DNA from: an uncultured Bacteroidales bacterium
GTDB lineage: Bacteria > Bacteroidota > Bacteroidia > Bacteroidales > Paludibacteraceae
Assembly: GCA_945921355.1 (NCBI GenBank)
Contig: CAMEKM010000004.1
Span: forward strand, 6,305 to 70,304
Direction of reading: 5' to 3'
Length of the DNA: 64,000 bases
Made by a program: the position numbers and the translations under genes
Shown: positions 45,185 through 53,230 of the stretch, piece by piece
Layout: the number at the start of each line of letters is the position of its first letter
Position numbering within the stretch: position 1 is the stretch's first letter
The notes under the pieces: model-generated
Told to the model about the DNA's origin: nothing
What the model saw: only the letters and a program-made list of their open reading frames with translations
Databases searched by the model: none

Positions 45185-46378
45185 TTACTTATTTGCTTTC
45201 ATCAGTCGTTTTGTTTCACGCAGCTCTTTTTGCAGGAGTTCCATGCGTTCCTTCAGTTGCTCTTGCGTCGGAAGCATGTCCTTGATGCGTACATTATTAT
45301 ATGTTGCCACTCCCATCGGAGTGCTGATGCCACGGAACGACCATTGTACATCGGCTTTATTCATATCCGAACAAATGAGCAAGCCTATCGTCGGATTATC
45401 ATCCTCTGCTTTCAACAAGTCATCTACTGCATTGACGTAAAAATTCAGTTTTCCGGCAAACTCCGGTTCAAACGCTTTGGCTTTCAGTTCGCACACTATA
45501 TAGCAACGCAAACGGATATGATAGAAAAGCAAATCAATCTTGCGTGTAGTATCTCCGGCAATCAGTTCTTTCTGTCTTCCTATAAACGCAAAGCCGGTTC
45601 CGAGTTCCAACAAAAGATCCGTTACACTTTTGCTCAATGCTTCTTCTAACTCCTGCTCATCGTAAATCTCATGCTTCACGGTTGCAAAGCCAAAGTCATA
45701 ATTCTCCTTGAGTACTTCTTGCGCCAATTTGCTCTGCAATGCGGGCATGTGCTCGGCGAAGTTATTGAGAATCTTTCCTTGATGCTCATATAGATTAGCT
45801 TTGATGCAGTTCACCAGCGCCGCACGACTCATACCCTGCTCTATCGTCTTTCCTACATAGAAGAGCGCTTCATCAACTGATTTGCATTTGGAAATAATAG
45901 CAATATGATGTCCCCATGGAACGTATGCAAAAGAAGACGGAAATTCTCCAACGGGTTGCTGGAGTTTTTGAGAATCAATTTCTGCAACAGTTTGTTGCAG
46001 TTTTGAACTTAAAATTTCTCCAACAACTTGTTGGAGTTTTGTATCCTCCTGATAATAAAACAGATACCACTGTTTCATATACCATAGATTCGTAGTCGAG
46101 AAACCTTCTGCATTCGGGAACTCACGCTGGAGATCAAGGCTCACTTGCTCCACCACACCTGCGCCCCAACGCTCTTCGGCTTTCTTTTGCACTAAATCGC
46201 GTCCCAGTTCCCAATTGAAGAGCAACTTCTCTGCATTTACACGCACAGAAGCCTTCACTTGCGCCGAACGATACCGATGTTTCAACTCGGCAATCCATTC
46301 CGCGTAATCCGTATCAATGCGTATGTCGTGAGATTTCACGATACGCGGTTGCTTTGATATTTCATTTTCTTCTATCAT
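45185..46378 (-). CDS. YhcG/DUF1016 family PD-(D/E)xK nuclease-like protein
   Basis: STTNLWYMKQWY, VPWGHH and IDLLFYHIRLRCYIVCELK motifs. An internal 3x palindromic repeat lies at 45941-46040. Confidence 0.8.
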   Translation of the reverse strand: MIEENEISKQPRIVKSHDIRIDTDYAEWIAELKHRYRSAQVKASVRVNAEKLLFNWELGRDLVQKKAEERWGAGVVEQVSLDLQREFPNAEGFSTTNLWYMKQWYLFYYQEDTKLQQVVGEILSSKLQQTVAEIDSQKLQQPVGEFPSSFAYVPWGHHIAIISKCKSVDEALFYVGKTIEQGMSRAALVNCIKANLYEHQGKILNNFAEHMPALQSKLAQEVLKENYDFGFATVKHEIYDEQELEEALSKSVTDLLLELGTGFAFIGRQKELIAGDTTRKIDLLFYHIRLRCYIVCELKAKAFEPEFAGKLNFYVNAVDDLLKAEDDNPTIGLLICSDMNKADVQWSFRGISTPMGVATYNNVRIKDMLPTQEQLKERMELLQKELRETKRLMKANK

Positions 46379-46467
46379 TTTCTAAATTTGTCTCCCGGTC
46401 ATCTCCCGCTCATCGGTCGGTGAATATTTCTAAATGTTTACCTCTATCCTGACCAAGACAACAGAAG

Positions 46468-47952
46468 TCACATTATTAATCTAGCCTCATCGGGTTCCTT
46501 ATAGGCATTCGTTATTGTTAAATACTCATGAGCCTCTTCAAAACTACCACAAGGAATGCGCCCTGCATATTGTTGCATCTTATCTAAAACTTGTACAAGC
46601 GTAGAGATATCTCTTTGGTGACTAAATTTCTTCAAAGCTAATATATAATCATCGCGAAACACATTTGGAATGATTACTTTCGATTGACGCTGACTAACCA
46701 ACTCGGCATTCATCATAATGCGTGCCATACGCCCGTTACCATCATCAAATGGATGCACCTCAGCTATTATCACATGCATCATGATGGCTCGTGCCATCGG
46801 ATGAGTTAATGCATTATACAATCCGAATGCCTTCAACAATGTTCCTCTGACATATTCATAATCCACGAAATACGTCTCGCCGGCATGATTATTCCGCATT
46901 TTGAATAATCCCGGGTTCTTCGTTTGGCGAGCTTCTAATAATATCTTATGACGAGCCTGAAGCATTTGTAACAGTTCCTCCGCTGCTTGCGGAATACGCT
47001 GCATCTCTCTCTTATTAGCCGCGACAAAGTATGTCCCTAATATATCATGTGAGTCATCACGACGAGAAGGCATCGGACGTCCAGTCGAAATAATCGTCCG
47101 CGCATCCTCAATGGTAAATTCTGTTCCTTCGATATAATTGGAAAAATAACTCTCGAAAAATGCAAAATTTCTAAACGCTTTATCTTCCCACTGTACATTT
47201 TCTCGATAAGCAAACTCATAATTAGTCAAAAAGGCGAACGCTTTTTGAAACAAATCCATACGTTCCGCATCATAGGGTTCACCCATAGCACGCGCGATAG
47301 TAAGAGGAGAACGCAAAATGGATGAAGTGTGAGTCGTTAATATCGCACTAATGAGTTGGGATAGTTTTGCAAACTCCTTTTGGAATCCAAGTCTTTCAGC
47401 GGTCTCCCTTGCTTCATCACGCAATACATTCAATGCAGTTTCGCCATTGACTCGCACTATCTTCTCTAATTTCTCTTCAATCTGTTGCTGCCCCAAACAC
47501 TTATCTGCTCCGCCAATATTCTTAGATGCTTGCATATTTTCCAAAAAAGCGCGTGTCTGATGTGACATATATAAGCCATCTATGAACGGCCGATCATTGG
47601 CATCAACTTGCGGACCTTCTAATAAATGAACGGTAACTCCCGGTAGAATTATCTTTCTGGAATATTTATAGGTGAGAAATATATCACCTGAAGAGGTTGG
47701 CATACATTCAAATGCCGTGCGGTGACTTAAAATTGCCCCAGGATACAATCTGCCAAGTATAGAGAAAATGTTTCTCCGCACGATGTCCTCTCCTTTTGCC
47801 TCAAAATTAGTTGTGTATATCTTCGGGGCAATACGACGTATCTTTCCTTGCTTGAGAAGCTTGGAAATAGCATCTGAGGATTTCTTATCCGTTCCGGCAA
47901 ACATTACCTCATGTAATACTTGATAAGCAATATCTTCGGGATTTTTTTTCAT
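46468..47952 (-). CDS. Fic family protein (class II-like, internal inhibitory motif) with an extra N-terminal domain
   Basis: Fic motif HPFDDGNGRMAR. An (S/T)xxxE(G/N) motif, SNYIEG, lies upstream of it. Confidence 0.88.
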   Translation of the reverse strand: MKKNPEDIAYQVLHEVMFAGTDKKSSDAISKLLKQGKIRRIAPKIYTTNFEAKGEDIVRRNIFSILGRLYPGAILSHRTAFECMPTSSGDIFLTYKYSRKIILPGVTVHLLEGPQVDANDRPFIDGLYMSHQTRAFLENMQASKNIGGADKCLGQQQIEEKLEKIVRVNGETALNVLRDEARETAERLGFQKEFAKLSQLISAILTTHTSSILRSPLTIARAMGEPYDAERMDLFQKAFAFLTNYEFAYRENVQWEDKAFRNFAFFESYFSNYIEGTEFTIEDARTIISTGRPMPSRRDDSHDILGTYFVAANKREMQRIPQAAEELLQMLQARHKILLEARQTKNPGLFKMRNNHAGETYFVDYEYVRGTLLKAFGLYNALTHPMARAIMMHVIIAEVHPFDDGNGRMARIMMNAELVSQRQSKVIIPNVFRDDYILALKKFSHQRDISTLVQVLDKMQQYAGRIPCGSFEEAHEYLTITNAYKEPDEARLIM

Positions 47953-47970
47953 TATCTCTCAATTTTGCCG

Positions 47971-48002
47971 CAAAGATACGGATTTTTTTTGATTTATGCA
48001 AG
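47971..48002 (-). promoter_or_regulatory. promoter upstream of fic
   Basis: TATCTTTG at 47971-47978 and a -33-like TTGC about 20 nt upstream. I see no other canonical promoter motif between here and 42352. Confidence 0.5.
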
Positions 48003-48087
48003 TGTTTTGCGGATTTTTTTAGATTAATACTCTTCTTGTAAGGATTTTTTTATTACGATTCGTATTTTTTCTCGCTCATATTATTCA

Positions 48088-48146
48088 ATTAATTTCTCGC
48101 TCTTCCCTCGGTCATCTCCCGCTCATCGGTTGGTGATGAGTCGGTA
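48088..48146 (+). repeat. island junction repeat J5 (longest copy)
   Basis: TCTCGCTCTTCCCTCGGTCATCTCCCGCTCATCGGTTGGTGATGAGTCGGTAAA. Partial copies lie at 40405-40440, 42085-42116, 45150-45186 and 46390-46425. Confidence 0.8.
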
Positions 48147-48158
48147 AATAAAGTGTTT

Positions 48159-48650
48159 CTATTCCTTATCTACAATTATTGCTTCCACAAATTGTAATTG
48201 CAATAACGCTTTGTCCGTATGAAACGATACTTGATTAAACAGCACATGCGTTTTCAGTTGCACTACGGCAGCTTCTGCACTCAACTCCGCATTCTCATAC
48301 AAGCTGATGGTGGCATACAAGTTATCATTCGCTACTGGACCAAGCACAATATCATAATCATGCAACGGAGCAAAGCGACGATTGGCAACCACAAAATCCA
48401 ACCACTCCTTGGTCGCTCCGTTGTACTCCATTATCTTCAATACACCATCATTCAATAGATTATCATCCACCTCATATACAGACACCACTGCATTGCCTTC
48501 TCCAGCACGGTCGCGGCGAATACGCGCCCAACGGGCTGCCTGGTCAAAATCAACTGTGGTATAAAAGCCCTTGCCATAATCGGTATTGGGCCTACCTTGG
48601 CGAAGACTGGGTTTCCTGATCGTTACTGTTGAACCATGATATAGTTTCAT
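48159..48650 (-). CDS. DUF3990 domain-containing protein
   Basis: The pattern MKLYHGS....DYGKGFYTT..FDQAARWA is typical of DUF3990. Confidence 0.7.
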   Translation of the reverse strand: MKLYHGSTVTIRKPSLRQGRPNTDYGKGFYTTVDFDQAARWARIRRDRAGEGNAVVSVYEVDDNLLNDGVLKIMEYNGATKEWLDFVVANRRFAPLHDYDIVLGPVANDNLYATISLYENAELSAEAAVVQLKTHVLFNQVSFHTDKALLQLQFVEAIIVDKE

Positions 48651-48697
48651 ATTGCTTAATCTATTTTGTGACTATTCGAGGATTACTTTTTTTTATT

Positions 48698-49337
48698 AAC
48701 ATAAATACGCTGCGCTAGCGCTTGCTACAAAAATATACAAAAATCTTGTTATTCTATTTTGTTTTTGCATATAAGAAGCAGTTACTGCTTAAGTATGCAA
48801 AACAAAATTATTTTTGGTTGATATAATTAGGAACAATTTTGTATTTCAAAGGCACTTCTCCAAAGTTAATCAATATACCTAGTGGTAAGTTGGTTGCTTT
48901 TAGATAGTTTAATAGTTGTGCCGTATGCTCAGTCCTTAATTTTTCAACAGATTTGAGTTCTACAACTATATTGTCATAGCATACTAAATCAGCTTTGTAT
49001 GTTCGATCAAGTAAATGTCCTTTATAAGTGATTGTAATTAATTTCTCTGTTTCAAAAGGAATTCCACGTAACCCTAATTCAACATTCAACGCATCATGGT
49101 ACACCAACTCCAAAAAGCCTCGTCCTAAATGGTTCTGTACTTCCATAGCAGCACCAATGATATCAAAAACTTCTTGCTGGAATTGTATGTCGTTAGATTT
49201 GTTCATATCAGTTTCATTATTACATCTTTTGTTCTTGCTCACCAATGCAGTGTACTGCATTCAGTTGAGCAAGAGCAAAAAAAGTTTCTTGATTTTTAAT
49301 TATTTTTATAGGCATCAGAGATGCCGTATTTTTGTTT
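48698..49337 (+). mobile_element. MITE-like element copy D carrying a GxxExxY gene as cargo
   Basis: The left part (48698-48810) and right part (49215-49337) match the two halves of the empty copy at 49354-49597. The cargo sits between hairpin 1 and hairpin 2. Confidence 0.75.
48808..49206 (-). CDS. GxxExxY protein (PD-(D/E)xK-like; 23S rRNA IVS-protein-type family)
   Basis: IIGAAMEVQNHLGRGFLELVYHDAL and VVELK...LLNYLKATNLPLGILINF motifs. The start is set at MNKSND, because the longer ORF reads through the element's hairpin. Confidence 0.85.
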   Translation of the reverse strand: MNKSNDIQFQQEVFDIIGAAMEVQNHLGRGFLELVYHDALNVELGLRGIPFETEKLITITYKGHLLDRTYKADLVCYDNIVVELKSVEKLRTEHTAQLLNYLKATNLPLGILINFGEVPLKYKIVPNYINQK

Positions 49338-49353
49338 AAGTATTATTCTTTCT

Positions 49354-49597
49354 AACATAAATACGCTGCGCTGGCGCTTGCTACAAAAATATACAAAAAT
49401 CTTGTTATTCTATTTTGTTTTTGCACATAAGAAGCAGTATACTGCTTAAGTATGCAAAACAAAATTATTTTTTCCAATATTTCTTTTGTTCTTGCTCACC
49501 AATGCAACTTGGTTGCATTCATTTGAGCAAAGACAAAAGGATTATCTCCATGATTTTTAATTATTTATATAGGGCTTTAAAGCCCGTATTTTTGTTT
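49354..49597 (+). repeat. ~244-bp structured MITE-like element, copy E (empty)
   Basis: Same architecture as copies A and B, but with compensatory changes in all three stems. Confidence 0.85.
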
Positions 49598-49601
49598 CAA
49601 A

Positions 49602-50018
49602 TTACTTTTTTCTATTGTTAATAAATATATCTATATCGTGCAAAATCATGTCCTTACCTTGTGTATGAAGCATATCAAAGCCTTTTACCAGATACTCATC
49701 GACCCCATAACGACGGAAGAGAGCGTATGCCTCTAGTGAGGTCATATCATGTTTTTTTGCATAATTTTCAGTACAAAAAGTTAAAAATACAATCACATTA
49801 TTCGATACGATATGCCCGCTAGAGAACCTGCTTTGTTCCAATAAGCGATAAAGTGATTCTGTATCCAGATACCACCACTTGGCATTTTCATCGTACAACT
49901 TTGCATAAAAGGGCGAGTCATAAATATAGCCCAACGCAGCTCTCACGGGGATATGCTTGCGCTGCGAGACAAGCAACGCCAATTGTGATATTTTTAATGG
50001 AATAATAGATGCACTCAT
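49602..50018 (-). CDS. DUF3791 domain-containing protein
   Basis: 138 aa. This is a family-level guess based on size, sequence pattern and pairing with DUF3990. Confidence 0.55.
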   Translation of the reverse strand: MSASIIPLKISQLALLVSQRKHIPVRAALGYIYDSPFYAKLYDENAKWWYLDTESLYRLLEQSRFSSGHIVSNNVIVFLTFCTENYAKKHDMTSLEAYALFRRYGVDEYLVKGFDMLHTQGKDMILHDIDIFINNRKK

Positions 50019-50040
50019 ATTCTTATGTTATTTATCGCTG

Positions 50041-50072
50041 CAAAGTTACAAAAAACTTTTGGATTATGCAAA
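50041..50072 (-). promoter_or_regulatory. promoter of the DUF3791 gene
   Basis: TAACTTTG at 50041-50048 and TTTG at 50069-50072, with a 20-nt spacer. Confidence 0.65.
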
Positions 50073-50089
50073 TTTTACGTTTAATGCTT

Positions 50090-50210
50090 ATCGATTTAAT
50101 GTTTAATGAGTTAACGTTTAGTGATTCGTTCACTCCCTAATTCGTTCACTCTTTCAATCGTTAATTCGTTAACTCCTTAACTCCTTCATGCGTTCATTCC
50201 TTAACTCCTT
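50090..50210 (+). repeat. octamer-periodic tract (TCNTTMAN)n, right copy R2 of the direct repeat bracketing the island
   Basis: AATGAGTTAACGTTTAGTGATTCGTTCACTCCCTAATTCG... aligns with 40312-40420. Confidence 0.8.
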
Positions 50211-51360
50211 AATTCCTTACACACTCTATCACTCGTGTTACGTCCTCTTCGCTCAACGCATGGTGCATTGGTAAGCAAATCACCTGATTAGCAATCTTAT
50301 TCGCCATAGGCAAATTTACTGGGTTGGCACTTGGAATATCCTTATACGGATCAAAGTCCGTAATCAAAGGATAGAAATAGCGACGACCTAACACATTATT
50401 TGCCTTCATCTTCTCATATAACGCATCACGGGAGATGCCGTATTGTTCTTCGTCCACAAAAATGGGGAAATAACTAAAATTTAAGCGATGAGGCGAAAGG
50501 TTATTAGGCGATGAGGCAAGAGTATCAATCATTGGTTGGAAGATTTTTATTCCTTTCACATCTTGCAATGCCTCTACATATTGTTTAGCAACCTTTTTGC
50601 GTGCCTCGATTGCAGCATCAACTTGGCGGAGATTAAGCAGACCATATGCCGCACGCATCTCGTCCATCTTGCTATTGATACCTGGAGCCACAACAGTAGT
50701 TTCACCACGGAAACCGAAGTTCTTCAGGTTGTCCACATGGTACTTCATCTCTGCGGAATGGCAAATTAATGCACCGCCCTCAATCGTATTATACACTTTG
50801 GTAGCATGGAAACTCAAAGTGGAGATGTCGCCTGCATTTAATACCGATTGTCCGTTCTCAATGACGCCAAAAGCGTGCGCGGCGTCGTAGATTACTTTCA
50901 GATTATGCTTTTTAGCAATCGCATCAATCTCGGCTGTCTTGCATGGTTTACCATAGCAATGCACTGGCATGATAGCTACCGTATTGGGCGTAATGGCTGC
51001 CTCAATCTTCGCAGGATCAATGCCACAGGTTTCTTCCTCGATGTCCACAAAGACGGGCTTTAAGCCGTTCCACCAGATTGAGTGGCTAGTTGCTACAAAC
51101 GAATATGGTGTAGTAATCACCTCTCCCTCGTGAATGCCCAGTGCTTGGAAAGCCGTAATGAGCGGCAAAGTACCATTAGTAAATAGCGACAGAAACTCTA
51201 CTCCAAGATACTTGGCGAGTGCCTGCTCCAATTGTTGATGGAACTGACCATTATTTGTAATCCATTTACTATCCCATATCTGCTGCAGATATAAGGTAAA
51301 CTCCTCCAATGGTGGGAGTAATGGGGAAGTGACAGTGATTTGTGATTTATTTTCACTCAT
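50209..51360 (-). CDS. DegT/DnrJ/EryC1/StrS family aminotransferase
   Basis: PLLPPLEEF, DAAHAFG and SFHATKVYNTIEGG (PLP Lys) motifs. An in-frame repeat insert is encoded at 50483-50520. Confidence 0.9.
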   Translation of the reverse strand: MSENKSQITVTSPLLPPLEEFTLYLQQIWDSKWITNNGQFHQQLEQALAKYLGVEFLSLFTNGTLPLITAFQALGIHEGEVITTPYSFVATSHSIWWNGLKPVFVDIEEETCGIDPAKIEAAITPNTVAIMPVHCYGKPCKTAEIDAIAKKHNLKVIYDAAHAFGVIENGQSVLNAGDISTLSFHATKVYNTIEGGALICHSAEMKYHVDNLKNFGFRGETTVVAPGINSKMDEMRAAYGLLNLRQVDAAIEARKKVAKQYVEALQDVKGIKIFQPMIDTLASSPNNLSPHRLNFSYFPIFVDEEQYGISRDALYEKMKANNVLGRRYFYPLITDFDPYKDIPSANPVNLPMANKIANQVICLPMHHALSEEDVTRVIECVRN

Positions 51361-51364
51361 ATTA

Positions 51365-52651
51365 TCAACTCAATTTCTTCTCAGTATAATCAAACTTAGG
51401 TGTGATATCTCCAGGTTCTTTACCCATCCAGCCACCGATTGCTATTGCACGATTAGCCAATGTGAATGAGATAAAGTCTTGTTCATGCATTAGACATTCT
51501 ATATTGCTTGGTTGACTAAATGCCATAAAATCAAATGCATAACTACCCCAATTGAAGAAATCTTTAGGCAGATGGCAAATTTGCTCGTACTCACCAGTTT
51601 CATGCTTGGTTTCATAGCAGCGCCCTCCACCACACGTAGAGAACATACGCTCGCCTTGCTCGTTCTTCATATGCATGGTAATCCAAAACTTCTCGTGTGG
51701 TTGGGTCAGACGATAACGAATCACCACCTCCAAATCGTCGGTCACACGCATCACATCAGTGAACTGCCCACACTTAGGGCGCACACCTATCTCTAAGAGT
51801 TCAAAGCCATTTTTGCCTTTAAGCGGTTCGTTGTATACCTTGTAGTTATCAATATCATTATCACCACGCAAATAACGAGTTACGATAGGGTCAATATCAC
51901 CTGAATCAAGTAGCATACCATCCTTCAGGATAATACCATGCTTGCAGAGACTCTTCACACTGGTCATGTTATGACTCACGAAGAGGACGGTTCTGCCTTC
52001 GCCGCGGGAGACGTCTTGCATCTTGCCGATGGCTTTCTTTTGGAACTCGGCATCGCCGACGGCGAGGACTTCGTCCACGACAAGAATCTCAGGGTCCAAG
52101 TGCGCAGCCACAGCGAAGCCCAAGCGGACAGTCATACCTGAACTATAACGCTTAACTGGCGTGTCGATATACTTCTCGCAGCCAGAGAAAGCAACAATCT
52201 CGTCCAACTTACCAGCGATCTCCTGTTTGGTCATACCCATGATGGCACCGTTCATAAAGATGTTCTCACGGCCAGTCATCTCAGGGTGGAAGCCCGTACC
52301 GACCTCCAAGAGACTGGCGATACGACCGCGAGCGCGGATAGTGCCCACCGTGGGACCAGTGACTTTACTGAGGAGTTTGAGGAGCGTACTCTTGCCTGCG
52401 CCATTCTTACCGATGATGCCGACAACGTCGCCCTGCTCGACCTTGAAGTCGATATCACGGAGTGCCCAGACATACTCAGAATCGGCTTTCTGGGTGCGGT
52501 CGTTGACCGAGCCGATCTTGAGGTAGGGGTCTTCTTTGCGCAGGATGGCGGTTTGCCACCAGCGGTTGAGGTCGTGGCTGATAGTGCCTGTGGACACGAG
52601 GCCCAGGCGGTATTGTTTGCCTACGTGGTTGAATTCGATTGCTGTTGCCAT
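51365..52651 (-). CDS. polysaccharide/O-antigen ABC transporter ATP-binding protein (Wzt/TagH type) with a C-terminal extra domain
   Basis: Walker A GKNGAGKST, signature YSSGM and Walker B LVVDEVLAVGD, plus a ~170-aa C-terminal domain. Confidence 0.9.
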   Translation of the reverse strand: MATAIEFNHVGKQYRLGLVSTGTISHDLNRWWQTAILRKEDPYLKIGSVNDRTQKADSEYVWALRDIDFKVEQGDVVGIIGKNGAGKSTLLKLLSKVTGPTVGTIRARGRIASLLEVGTGFHPEMTGRENIFMNGAIMGMTKQEIAGKLDEIVAFSGCEKYIDTPVKRYSSGMTVRLGFAVAAHLDPEILVVDEVLAVGDAEFQKKAIGKMQDVSRGEGRTVLFVSHNMTSVKSLCKHGIILKDGMLLDSGDIDPIVTRYLRGDNDIDNYKVYNEPLKGKNGFELLEIGVRPKCGQFTDVMRVTDDLEVVIRYRLTQPHEKFWITMHMKNEQGERMFSTCGGGRCYETKHETGEYEQICHLPKDFFNWGSYAFDFMAFSQPSNIECLMHEQDFISFTLANRAIAIGGWMGKEPGDITPKFDYTEKKLS

Positions 52652-52819
52652 ATGTTTATCTGTTTTTATCTCCTTGCCCTAAAGGGCAGAAATCTTCAGT
52701 AAATCTTATTTTAATCTTATGATATTGTCTTAGTAGTTTGGATTGATGACGATAGACTTTGTCTATCTTATGTATTAATGTCTTATCACTCGCGCTCAAG
52801 CAAGGATCATAGCCAATGG

Positions 52820-53090
52820 CTAAATTGATTGTTTGGTTAAGTTCAATTTGACCAAACGAATACCATGGCTAAAATCATACGTATTGAAATTAATCAATAC
52901 CCCATTTTCCTTACCTGACAATTTCATATACGTTTTCAACTGCTTAAAATGGATTGGCAATATATCCTCTACTCACTAACTCATAAGCCAACGCCTTGTG
53001 ATACACCGACTCCAACAAGCCAGGACCGAGGGTGTTATATACCTCCATCGCCGCACCACGGATATGGTATGATAGTTCATGAGGGGCCAT
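52820..53090 (-). pseudogene. GxxExxY-family gene remnant (N-terminal 48 codons, stop, then an out-of-register C-terminal piece)
   Basis: Translates to MAPHELSYHIRGAAMEVYNTLGPGLLESVYHKALAYEL...* and later ...VLINFNTYDFSHGIRLVKL. Confidence 0.6.
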
Positions 53091-53141
53091 TGTGAATAAT
53101 CTACTTTTGCAATTTGCTATTCAATGAGCCGACAAAGGTAC

Positions 53142-53174
53142 AAAAAAAAAGCGATATGTGCAAATACATGTCGC
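53142..53174 (-). terminator. intrinsic terminator after fbp (overlaps the promoter of the GxxExxY remnant)
   Basis: On the minus strand, the GCGACATG..CATATCGC hairpin is followed by T9. Confidence 0.55.
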
Positions 53175-53230
53175 TTTTTTCGATGATTTTATGAATTTTA
53201 CAGGATATTTAACTATAATCGGTATGCAAT

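Noticed and set aside
45068-45649. 193-aa plus-strand ORF
   Set aside because: It is antisense to the well-supported DUF1016b gene, is of low complexity, and has no promoter or family signature.
48159-48650. Assigning an enzymatic function (e.g. ADP-ribosyltransferase-like) to DUF3990
   Set aside because: I only have a vague H…Y…E-like impression from the sequence (YHGS, GFYTT) and cannot support it without profile or structure comparison.
49207-49260. Longer start for the GxxExxY ORF
   Set aside because: The extra 18 codons run through hairpin 2 of the MITE-like element. Family members start close to the …IIGAAMEV motif.
40312-50210. Prophage, ICE or transposon identity for the island
   Set aside because: There is no integrase, transposase, relaxase or phage structural gene in it, and no tRNA at its border. 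Only repeat-flanked modules are present, so I call it an accessory/defence island of unknown mobility.
52286-52702. 138-aa plus-strand ORF, plus 52161-52526
   Set aside because: Both are antisense shadows of the ABC ATPase gene.
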